A stretch of DNA of 61,470 nucleotides, filler included, from Globobulimina sp. (Eukaryota): assembly GCA_003354225.1 (NCBI GenBank). It is 21 parts of 21 records of this genome, joined end to end, with 100 filler letters (N's around TTAATTAATTAA, not from the genome) between each part and the next. Parts side by side here need not be neighbours in the genome. Positions count along the whole stretch, not along the records: positions 1 to 2,834 come from PIVH01004691.1; positions 2,935 to 5,768 come from PIVH01004692.1; positions 5,869 to 8,702 come from PIVH01004693.1; positions 8,803 to 11,636 come from PIVH01004694.1; 17 more parts are not named here. One strand, 5' to 3'. The position numbers were made by a program, and so were the translations under genes. Under the pieces are notes generated by a model. It ran no database searches. It was not told the origin of the DNA and saw only the letters and a list, made by a program, of their open reading frames with translations. Shown in pieces: positions 1 to 9,960 of the stretch; position 1 is the stretch's first letter, and the number at the start of each line of letters is the position of its first letter.

Positions 1-191
1 TACAATTATTTGCTGTAAAAATGCTGGGAATTTATTGCTTGGGAATTGCATTCTACCTTTCTTGAAATTTGTATACGTATAACTTGTATACGTACAACTT
101 CTCAAATCATGTCTTGGACCATAATTTTGGGTATACGTAAAGTAAAAGGGATGGTTTTCTAACTGAAACAACGATGGTATTAGCATTCAGT

Positions 192-1070
192 TCAAAATTG
201 ATTTCGATCAATTTTTCTGATTTGCAATTGTAGAGCAAAGGATATTTTATTAATTGTGCAATCTGTTGGGATTCTGAATTGATTAGAAATACTTTCTATT
301 CTATGTTGAGAAAATGAGAAATATTGAACATCATTTGTATTTTTAGTATTTTTATTATACACTCTCTTCAACTCTCCAATTCCGATAATTTTATATTCTA
401 CAATCAACTCAGTGATATCTTTTGGTAATTTTAATAATTTCAACCATATTTTTAAATTATTTTGGTTATATTGACATAAATTTAAACATAAACACCAACA
501 TCCAAATACATCAGATTCTGTAATATTATTTGATATTTTATTTATATTTACTATCCATAAATATTTTATTCTGCGATTTTTATGTAACAATTGATGATAG
601 TCAGACAATTTATATTTCTTTAAATATTTGACATGGATTAGATCCAAAATCACAGTAAATTGTGATGGATGACGGTCAATGAATACTTTTGGTGATGAAT
701 GGCGGTCAATCTTTGTTAAAATACATGTTCCTCTGTTCCATGAATCATTATTATATTTGTATTGGTAAAATATCGTACAATTATTAATATTTTCAGGCAT
801 TCGATGAATTTTAATACATAAATGTGGGTAATGTTTTTTTTTATTGCCTGATGGATAAAATACACATTGAAATGTAATATCATTCACCATAATTGGCTTG
901 GAAGCATAATATAACCCATGTTTACAAGACGTAATTTTCGAAGAAGGTAAAGTCCAAATTAATGTTGTGTCAAAGTATGACATCATAAGTCCAATCACAT
1001 CATCAGGCATTATACATTGTACATATGAACGGCTATATCCATACCATAATAATTCTGCTATGGTTGCCAT
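192..1070 (-). CDS. Protein with N-terminal GY-x-R...P-x-D-hI motif and two MATH/TRAF-like domains
   Basis: Intronless ORF, likely ATG at 1070 (MATIAELL). Segments LIWTL..ASKPI..FQCVFYPSG and YLWIV..ESDVF.CWCLCL resemble tandem MATH beta-sandwiches. Confidence 0.55.
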   Translation of the reverse strand: MATIAELLWYGYSRSYVQCIMPDDVIGLMMSYFDTTLIWTLPSSKITSCKHGLYYASKPIMVNDITFQCVFYPSGNKKKHYPHLCIKIHRMPENINNCTIFYQYKYNNDSWNRGTCILTKIDRHSSPKVFIDRHPSQFTVILDLIHVKYLKKYKLSDYHQLLHKNRRIKYLWIVNINKISNNITESDVFGCWCLCLNLCQYNQNNLKIWLKLLKLPKDITELIVEYKIIGIGELKRVYNKNTKNTNDVQYFSFSQHRIESISNQFRIPTDCTINKISFALQLQIRKIDRNQF

Positions 1071-1127
1071 TTGAAAAACGTTTGAGGACTTACTCTGTGA
1101 TTTGTAAACTGTTATCACTTTCCTTAA

Positions 1128-2708
1128 ATGGCACACCCATCAGCACCAAATCCGAATAGGCAGATCATGCCAAATATGCCCCCACCACCAATGGCAATGG
1201 CACACCCTCCATTTCCTCATCCTCCGCCAGGAATGCCAGGAATGCCACCAATGCCAATGCAAATGCCACCGATGCCGATGCCAATGCAAATGCAAATGCC
1301 AATGCCACCCATGATGCCAAATGGAATGGCTCCAGGGATGCCGCCGATGCCTTTTCCTCCAATGCCAGGAATGTTTCCACCAAATATGATGTTTCCCGGA
1401 ATGAAAAAAGGAAAAGGACCTCAACCAATTGATAAATGGGCAAATGTTGCACCAAATAACACCATTTATGTTAACAATTTAAATGAGAAAACATCCAGAG
1501 ACGGTATGTCTGTATCCATTCATTTTACTTATTTCTTTTATGCGTTTGTAACTGTAACAGAGACCGTCAATGGTTTACGAGAAGTATTTGGTCAATTTGG
1601 TAAGGTGTTGGATGTTGTGTGTTATACCAAAATTAAACGGTGCAAAGGGTATGGACTTATCTTATAATTTAATTTGAATTTTAGTGCAAGGATACATAAA
1701 TAAATAAAAACACAAAAAACACAGACAAGCATGGGTTGTAATGGAAAAAACTGAATCCGCTACAAAAGCAATACACGAAATGCGGAATTTTATTTTTTTC
1801 AACAAACCAATGGTATGTATCATATCCATGCATTTCTATTAATTGCCACTCATTAATTGCACTCGTAATGATCCATGCATTTGTTTTTATTTTTTAAATA
1901 TTGTTTGTTTGTCTTTTTTGTTTAAACATATTGAATGAATGAATGAGTGGACTGATCATTGCAGCTTTTATCTTATCCATTTTTTGTATACATTTTATCT
2001 GTTTAATTGCTGGTTATTTTAAATTGTTTGGTTTTTTTGTGTTACTAAAAATATAATGGTTTCGGTATGTCACAATATTTTGTTATCTGTCGATATCTGT
2101 CAATATGCAATCAGAGAGTGTCGTATTCAAAAAGTATATCTGATGCAACATTAAAACGTGACGGAAAACAAGCTCCGCAAAGACAGCGTCCTCCAAAAAA
2201 GAAAAGTTAGGTTTACTATGTCGATCATTCCATCATTGTATCACTATCATTGCAATTGTATTGTTAATTTGTCATAGAAAAGAAGAAAATTGTGGTTCAA
2301 GAAACCATCATAATAAAAAAGAAGAAAAAACGTAAGAAATCAAAGGATAAAACAAAAAAAGGTGATGATGATAATGACCAAGACATTGATATCGATATGA
2401 AAAATAATCATAATCATAATCACAGCCATAATCATAATGCGCACAAAGAGAAGAAACGAAGACAGAATAATATGGCTGCCCCAAATAAGACATTATTTCT
2501 ACAGAATCTCCCAAAGGCCGTAACAAGTGAAGAAATGCATAGATTATTTATAGCATTTCCCGGTTTTCGGGGAGTTAATTTAATTGAAAATAAGCCAGGT
2601 ATTGGATTTGCTGAATTTGACGATACTTATAATTCTTCGAATGCTCAACGATCACTTAATGGATTTACAATTCATACACAAGATATTATTGTTGAATTTG
2701 CTCAATAA
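1128..2708 (+). CDS. SNRPA/SNRPB2: U1A/U2B''/SNF-family spliceosomal protein (2 RRMs); exons 1128-1503, 1561-1648, 1725-1812, 2115-2205, 2278-2708
   Basis: Spliced translation gives PNNTIYVNNLNEK...FGQFGKVLDV...KGQAWVV...ATKAIHEMRNFIFFNKPM|RVSYSK (RRM1) and PNKTLFLQNLP...FPGFRGVNLI...GIGFAEF (RRM2). Four GT-AG introns (57, 76, 302, 72 nt) preserve the frame. Confidence 0.93.
1850..1871 (+). promoter_or_regulatory. Intronic hairpin mimicking U1 snRNA stem-loop II (putative U1A binding site)
   Basis: TCATTA-[ATTGCACTCG]-TAATGA: 6-bp stem with a 10-nt loop matching the U1 SLII loop AUUGCACUCC at 9 of 10 positions, inside the U1A-family gene itself. Confidence 0.7.
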
Positions 2709-2834
2709 ATAAAAATAAACATTGTATTGTACCTATTAATGTTATGTAATTTAAAATCATTTAAGCAATCTGTCATTGATCCTGGCTCAACGTGTCCCAA
2801 CTTATAATAACTAGTTTCACATAGACACCGTCAG

Positions 2835-2934
2835 NNNNNNNNNNNNNNNNNNNNNNNNNNNNNNNNNNNNNNNNNNNNTTAATTAATTAANNNNNNNNNN
2901 NNNNNNNNNNNNNNNNNNNNNNNNNNNNNNNNNN
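2835..2934. other. Artificial contig linker (N44-TTAATTAATTAA-N44); first of 20
   Basis: Identical 100-nt spacers with an all-frame-stop core start at 2835, 5769, 8703, 11637, 14571, 17504, 20437, 23369, 26301, 29233, 32165, 35097, 38029, 40960, 43891, 46822, 49753, 52683, 55613 and 58542. Intervening contigs shrink from 2834 to 2829 nt, i.e. a length-sorted concatenation. Confidence 0.99.
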
Positions 2935-3258
2935 AATTTTGCTTTTAATTTCATTAAAAATTGCATGTTTCATTTCACACTCATTTTCGACTTAACACAC
3001 GACTCTTCGTTCTGTTGTACGTAGACTAGTAATGAATAGTTGCCCAAACCAGTTTCTTTTTAGTAAAACTGAATTATTGTACTGAATATGAAGTGACATT
3101 TGATAGTTTCAAACGTCAAAACCGTTCTGGAAGAAAACAAAAAAAATGTAGTTTTAATCTAATTTGATATATAAGAAATATTATCTAACAAGTAACGGAT
3201 GTGTACAATCAATTCAATTTTTATTCAGTTTTGTACGTAGAATGTCGTAGATGCATTT

Positions 3259-5304
3259 TTAATACATTGTATTATGGTACGATTGGATATCATCCCCTTC
3301 AATAATTATATCATCAATATCCCCTTCAGTCGTACCTACATTACAAATATCATCATCCTCATCATCACTATCTGTCATATCCTCAATTTTCTCATCATAG
3401 CCAAGACCGCCAAGTGTGACACGCTTTCCCTTTGTTGATCTGCCTCCCATCGCAACCAACTCCTCATCTGATTGCACAATAAACTCATCATCCCTTACAC
3501 CGCCATCATCTGTACGCTTACCATTCGTCACCTGCATCACAAGATCGTCACCATCCGATTCAATGATAAACTTATCGTGTCTGGCAGCACTCGTTGCGCT
3601 CACTGAGTGCATCGAAGTATTATATTTTATATTTATCGTCTTGCCCAACTCCAATGCAACCAACATCTGTTTCTGTTTCTGCTGTTTCTGTTTCTGCTGT
3701 CTCTGTCTCTCTCCCTCTGTCTCTCTCTGCGTTTTCCTCTCTTTCCCGTTTTTCAATTTAGCCTCTTTTATTCGTTTCCGCCGTCTAGAACTGCGAAGAA
3801 GTAGAGCTATTATAAAAGTCAACAATATCAACATCAACACTATGATCACCAACATCAATTTGGTAACATCCACAGATGGGGCAATCCCTCTTTCCCTTTC
3901 CTTGTTATTTAAATTGGTGCTGATTGCGCTATCTTCAGTGCTACGCATCGTTGCTGTTTCTGTAGTAATCGAGGTTGTATTGGTCGGAGATAACGTAGGC
4001 AGTGTCGGCATTTGTGTGGGAGGTATGGTTGGATACAATGTAGGAAAAAATGTTGGATATATTGTAGGGTTATCGGTAGGATAAATGGTTGGATATAATG
4101 TTGGAGTTACGGTTGGCGTTGTTGTCGGCATATCAGATGGCATTGTTGTGGGTAGATCGGATGGTGTCGTTGTTGGAATTATTGTTGTTGGGTTATGTGA
4201 AGGGCTCACACTGGGAATGTATGTCGGAGAATATGTTGGTTTCAATGTAGGACTTGACGTAGGATCAGATGTTGGATTATCCGTTGCTTCTAATATTCTA
4301 CAACTAAATATATAAAATATAATAGAAAAAATATTTTCCATCATATACAAAAACGTTTTTTAATATTAAACTCTGTCAATATTCAATTTTATACAGGTTT
4401 CACCCTCGAAAAGAGCATAAAATTCAAATTTTGAACAGAATATAATTTGGCCAACGTACCATATTGCATTGGCTAAGGAAAATGTGTCAGCTGTGGATGA
4501 AGTGTGTCTGGCAACACATTGATTTGCTGCATTTACATTATATGAACCTAAGGTTGACCACGCCGAATATCCGGCACATGAAGGCATAAAATAATCCGTT
4601 GTTGGACAAGAAACAGTGGAGGTTGGGTAAGCCCCAAATCCAGACCATTGGCCTGAAGCATCTCCCCACACAGTAACACATTCCATACTATATTCTGCAC
4701 TCAATGTAGTTGCATCAAAGCAGCGCGAATACGCTGTGGCTCCATTTCCTTCCCAGCCATTGTCTGCATTGCATTTGTTAAAAGTATTTGACTGTTTCGA
4801 TACAAACAATACCACATCGCCCGAATATGAGCCGTCATGAGCAACGGATTCGCCTTCTCCCGTACAGCCCACAATTTGTTCATTGTTGGCACAGTTAACG
4901 GAGGAGACAGCACCATCCTCTGTGGTTGATTTGGTAGCAGTTAAAGACCGTACTGACGAACTGGGGAACCATGCAGTATCACAACATCGTGCATAGGCAC
5001 GAATACCGCCAGAATATCCAAAAGGAATGTTGGATATTGCTACACATTGGCCATTGGAAATATAAACGCCTTGGAAACCATCATTTGTGGGCGGAGAGAC
5101 TGGCTCAGCACCACAACCCGTCAATGTGTATGAAGATGAACATGATGCAGTTGATACATATTGAGCATGGTCCAATCCTGGATTGCTGCCACTTGTGGTG
5201 ACACAATCGATGTGCATGGGTATGCTGACACTTTGTGTGGTGATAATACTTAGCCATGTACACACATGCATGTACATCAAAGATGTATACGATAAGTATG
5301 CCAT
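3259..5304 (-). CDS. Type I membrane protein: signal peptide, three PCSK9-C-terminal/resistin-like Cys modules, PT-rich stalk, TM, acidic tail; intron 4304-4459
   Basis: Modules end in AYARCC, AYSRC and (after splicing) ANAICC. CVTVW...SC...SC...C.A pattern; PTxxPT repeats; hydrophobic LMLVIIVLMLILLTFIIALLL followed by RRRKR. Confidence 0.7.
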
Positions 5305-5868
5305 GTTCTTTCGCTACTACAAATTTCAAAACAATAAAAAAACAGTTCAGTTAACGCCTGTGCATTTAACTTTCGTTTTGTTCGGATTAGTTAATCTCCT
5401 CTTTGGATTGCATTATGTGATTTATGTGTCTTGGGAAAAAACTACCAAATGTTTTGTTTTTGCAGGTCATTCCAACAATGCGTTAAAAAAAACGATAGAA
5501 ACTAATAATTTATATAAAAAAACGATAGAATATATTCGGAAATAAAAACAACAAAAAATCAGGAATATTAACAGAAACACAATAATACATTATTTGAGTC
5601 CACATTCAAAGTAAAACTATAATTGTTGCATGGATTATTATTATATTATTACGATTATCGAAAGGGTTAATTGTAGAAATTGGAATAATTATTGAAATCT
5701 TAAAAACTGTGGTATATTGCAAAAAAGATGAAATTACTAAAATTGTGGAATCTGGATTATCTTTTCCCNNNNNNNNNNNNNNNNNNNNNNNNNNNNNNNN
5801 NNNNNNNNNNNNTTAATTAATTAANNNNNNNNNNNNNNNNNNNNNNNNNNNNNNNNNNNNNNNNNNNN

Positions 5869-6786
5869 AAATTTCTGGGTGTCTTCCAGAATGTCTGACA
5901 TTTTCTGCACATAATCATTATGATTCAAGATTACAACAGAGTTACCTTTATCAGACTTCTGAATGACAATGTCCTTGTTTGTTGACAGTTCTTTGATGGC
6001 AGCAAATTCGGCTCTAGTCAGGTTTTTGGGAGTTGAATTACCATTGTAGTTGTAAAATGATGACAAAGCAATATCTTTCAATCTTGTTTTGAGTGAATTA
6101 GAATCACCATATGCAACAGGAAGTGACAAAATATCGCGCTGAAGTAGTTCAAATGGCAATAAATAATCAGCATATTTGAGTTTCGATGGTGGAATAGAGA
6201 AGTTCAACCCTTTTGCCAAAACCGATTTTTGTATATCAGACAATTGGACATTTGAGAAATTGAAAATAACCTTATCAGGGTCATTTCCTCTTTTAGACTG
6301 TTCTTTTTGAAGTCGTTGAAATTTCCTTTGTTGTATTTCTTCTTGTTTTCCTAAGCTCTTGGTGTTTCCTTCAAGGCTCTTGGTTGTGATATGTATAAAA
6401 TCCAAATTGCTGAGTTGACCAAGCAATAACACACGTTGTTGGTTAAATTGTGCTTCTAAACTTCGAATGGCAGTTCTTTTGGACAGAATCTCAGCCACTA
6501 AAAGACGTTTTTGACAAGAAACATAGGCAGAGGAGCTGCGTAACTGAGTATTAGCCAGACGAAAGTTCAGAAAATTAAGGAAAAGACCATTATTCTCACA
6601 ATTAAGTAAAAATTCTAAATCCAATTTTGCTTTGCGTCGCCTCCGATCCAATCTTTCAAATTTTCTAACATTCCTTAACACTGCGTTCCCATATCGTTGC
6701 CGGATGATAACAGAAATACTTTTTTGGCGAGGGAATCTGATTCTAATTATGAATAATAAAGCAACAGTTAAAACCTTTATTAACAT
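5869..6786 (-). CDS. Penelope-like element ORF, N-terminal part
   Basis: Contains NFSNVQLS..VLAKGLNF and NLT..E..AIKEL..KDIVIQKSDKGNSVVI, typical pre-RT motifs of PLEs. Its end overlaps the start of the 6991-8643 ORF. Confidence 0.9.
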
Positions 6787-6794
6787 TTCTCCAT

Positions 6795-6832
6795 TAAGAC
6801 GTTTCGAAATACACAGATTTCATTATCAATTA
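6795..6832 (-). ncRNA. Minimal type I hammerhead ribozyme (U3-A8 core variant)
   Basis: Minus strand reads UAA-UUGAUAA-U-GAAAU-cugugu-AUUUC-GAAA-CG-UC^-UUA: core, 5-bp stem II, palindromic ACGU stem III, GUC cleavage triplet, 11 nt upstream of the ORF ATG. Confidence 0.72.
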
Positions 6833-6990
6833 CATTACCTAAAAATACACAGAATAAGTTTAAAGAAACAATAAAATTCAAAGTCATGGAATAAATAATA
6901 TAAAAACGAAGGCGACGCGCAAATTAAATAGGGAAAACAACAAACTACAGTACCTAAGACACCAGTCATACAAACAACGCCGGGCAACTC

Positions 6991-8702
6991 CTAAAACAAG
7001 GCTAAAGGGACAGACCGAACAGTAGAATTTAACACAGGTTTTTCAGTACCTATACTTAAAGACTCTTTTAATAATAAAAACCAATTAATACTATCACTAC
7101 TAACAATAGAGAAATCACTTTCTAATGCCCTATATTTACATTTTAAAGAATGGTCATAAATAGCAGTAGTATTACTCTGAACAACACTTTTGCCTGTCAA
7201 TGGAGAGACACCCATATGTTCAGAAATTCTAGTGTGTAAGTGGCGTTTAGTTTTGCCGATGTAGGTGGCATTGCAGCCACCACATTGGTATTTGTATACC
7301 ACACCAGATTTCAAAGCAAAGGGCACTCTATCCTTGTAGGGAAATAAGTTGCTCAATCTAACAGTAGACTTGAACACAAAACGACATTTGACTTGTGGTA
7401 GACAATTCTTAAATAAACATTCAATTCTAGTCATTACTTGAGATGAACACTGTCCTAAATATGGTAACACTATTACAGTAACTTTCTTAGAAACAGTAGG
7501 TACAACAGTTTTAGGAATAGCAATTTTGTTAAGAAATTTTGATATACAATTATCAATAAAACTATTTGAATATCCATTTTTCAAAAGCACAGACTTAAGA
7601 AAAACGAATTCAGCATGAATTTTAGCAAAGTTATCACAAATTGAATAAGCTCGAAAAAGTAATGTAAACACTAAACCAAATTTAAATGACATAGGTATAA
7701 AACTATTAAAATTTGAGTAAACACCACTAAAAGTAGGTTTTCTATAAACTGCTGACCTAAATGATTCAATTGTTCTCTCAATGTTGATATCCAGAAATGG
7801 TAGTTTATTGTCAACTTCAATTTCCCGGGTAAATTGAATGTTTTTGTGCTGGGCATTCATATATGACATAAAAAGTTCCAAATGTTGTGGTTCCCGAAAT
7901 AGCAGAAAGGTGTCATCCACATATCTTCTGTATAAGACCGGTTTGAATTCCATAGGACAGTTTTGTAACCAAACCTTCTCATGATGGGCAAGGAAAGCAT
8001 TAGCTAATGTGGGGCCCAAAGGAGATCCCATTGCAACTCCATCGATTTGTTCATATAAAGAATCATTAAATTGAAAACACATGTTCTTGACTGCAAAATT
8101 TAACAGAATTTCGAAATCTGTTTTATTGAGGCCAGAAACCAATGGATCGGATTGGAACAGGTTCAAAAGGCAAATTTTTATGGTTTCATTCAGAGGAATG
8201 TTTGTGAATAACGATTTTACATCCAAACTAGCCATAATTAAACCACTTGAGCTCATGGTAGATAGTTCCTTGGCAAATTCAAATGAATCTTTTATGGTAT
8301 AAATGTTAGATGTTATTGGTGCTAGTAATGGAACCAAGAATTTTGCTATTTGGTAACCAGGGGTTCCAATAGCAGACAGAATGGGTCTCAAGGGGCAGCC
8401 AGGTTTGTGTACTTTTCCAAGTCCATACAGTATACCAGGACGGGAGCCATTGGGGATAAGACGTTTGCAGACATCATCTGGAATTTTCTTTTCTTTCTTG
8501 AGTCGATTGATAGCTGAAGTCATACGTTTTTCCAAATTTACAACATGATTGTATAATTTCCCTGATTTCAGATGTAATTTTCTAAATTTCTGGGTGTCTT
8601 CCAGAATGTCTGACATTTTCTGCACATAATCATTATGATTCAAGATTACAACAGAGTTACCTTTATCAGACTTCTGAATGACAATGTCCTTGTTTGTTGA
8701 CA
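6991..8702 (-). CDS. Penelope-like reverse transcriptase and GIY-YIG endonuclease
   Basis: LYGLGKVHK..PLRPI, SLDVKSLFTNIP, GVAMGSPLGP, RYVDD, LPFLD; endonuclease GVVYKYQCGGCNATYIGKT.RHL..RI.EH...LN. Confidence 0.96.
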
Positions 8703-8802
8703 NNNNNNNNNNNNNNNNNNNNNNNNNNNNNNNNNNNNNNNNNNNNTTAATTAATTAANNNNNNNNNNNNNNNNNNNNNNNNNNNNNNNNNNNNNNNNNN
8801 NN

Positions 8803-9878
8803 GTAAAGCAATAGCCATAGATCCCATTCACATTATACGTCACCGCGGATTCAATGGAATGTCTGATCCATTCATCATAATTATTAATAATATCCTCATC
8901 GCCTCGTTTCTCGGCCTGTTCATAATGGAAATGTGCCAAATCTTTTTGGTTATGAGATATCTGAAATAAATACGCATAAAACATGGCGTAAAAAATGCTA
9001 GAAATGATATGTAAAAAAAGCGTATAAAACACATTTCTATGCATGACGCAGGGAATAATTATAAATATCAAAAAATGCAAATAAACGTATTTGATATTAC
9101 CGATTTTCTCCTTCGTGATGGGATTAATTGGCACGATTTGCCGGATCGGCCCCACAAAATACAACATTGCAAACAAGAGCGGCGTGTAAAAAGATTGATA
9201 TTTATGGAACCATTTGATTTGAAAAAAAGGCGATTCGCACATAAAGGGATAGGTCATCCAAATGTCGTTATCTTCCTCGCTGTTCACGTAAATATGATGC
9301 GATTTTTGATGCACATCGATCCAACGACGCGTTGGAAATAAAATGTGCACGTTTTGAATGGCGGTATAAATGGGCGACAAAATCGTTTCTAATAATTTGT
9401 TGTCATATAATTTGCCGCAATGATGTCGAACGTGATGGATCGAGAAATTATGCGATAATACGAATAAACCAAAGGTGAATCGCGTCAACAATGAGGGATA
9501 AAATAACTGATAGTAAAAGGTTATGAATATAAGAATGGTGAGAAGGAAACAATAGATTTGATAAATTACGCCATGGATCCAATATTCTTTGATGATATTT
9601 GCAAAAATGGCTTGTAACTCGTCATGGAATGCTGTACGTTGCGGTAGTTTATAGCCATATTTTTCAGCGACGGCGTAACATTTATCGATGTTATGGCCGG
9701 TGTGGCAGGAAAGGAATAATAAATCGGATGCTTTTTCTTCCACTTCGTAGGCACTTTGTAAGTTGTTATAACCGCCGGGATGGCTATAAATCCATTTTTC
9801 ATCTTTGAATTGTTTGCCACCAAAAGGACATGAATAATTGGGGAAATCCATCGTCTTCCTGTGAGGTCGAAGTGCCAT
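8803..9878 (-). CDS. Cytochrome-b5-fused membrane fatty-acid/sphingolipid desaturase (3' end truncated by contig edge)
   Basis: HPGG heme motif, His boxes HHVRHH and W...HQKSHH, FQISH and hydrophobic spans. The third box would lie beyond the contig end. First ATG at 9878. Confidence 0.85.
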
Positions 9879-9960
9879 TTCTGTTTTTAGTGCTGAGTGC
9901 GAGGATGAGGATATATTCAAATCAACTAAAAACTTCTAGCTAGCTCTCTGAACTTAAAAC

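Larger units (their letters stand above)
5869..8702 (-). mobile_element. Penelope-like retroelement, complete 2715-bp unit, circularly permuted in the contig
   Basis: RT plus C-terminal GIY-YIG endonuclease. Bases 5869-5987 are identical to 8584-8702, so the two ORF pieces join into one 836-aa ORF. Confidence 0.93.

Noticed and set aside
1140-1455. His/Trp-rich and Ala/Leu-rich minus-strand ORFs
   Set aside because: Antisense shadows of the Pro/Met repeat of the U1A-family gene.
2726-2732. ATTGTAC in the U1A-family 3'UTR, like a vertebrate PIE loop
   Set aside because: Single site, downstream of the AATAAA motifs, no supporting stem, and likely by chance in AT-rich DNA.
3416-4315. Plus-strand 222-aa and 76-aa ORFs
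   Set aside because: Antisense shadows of the PT-repeat membrane protein.
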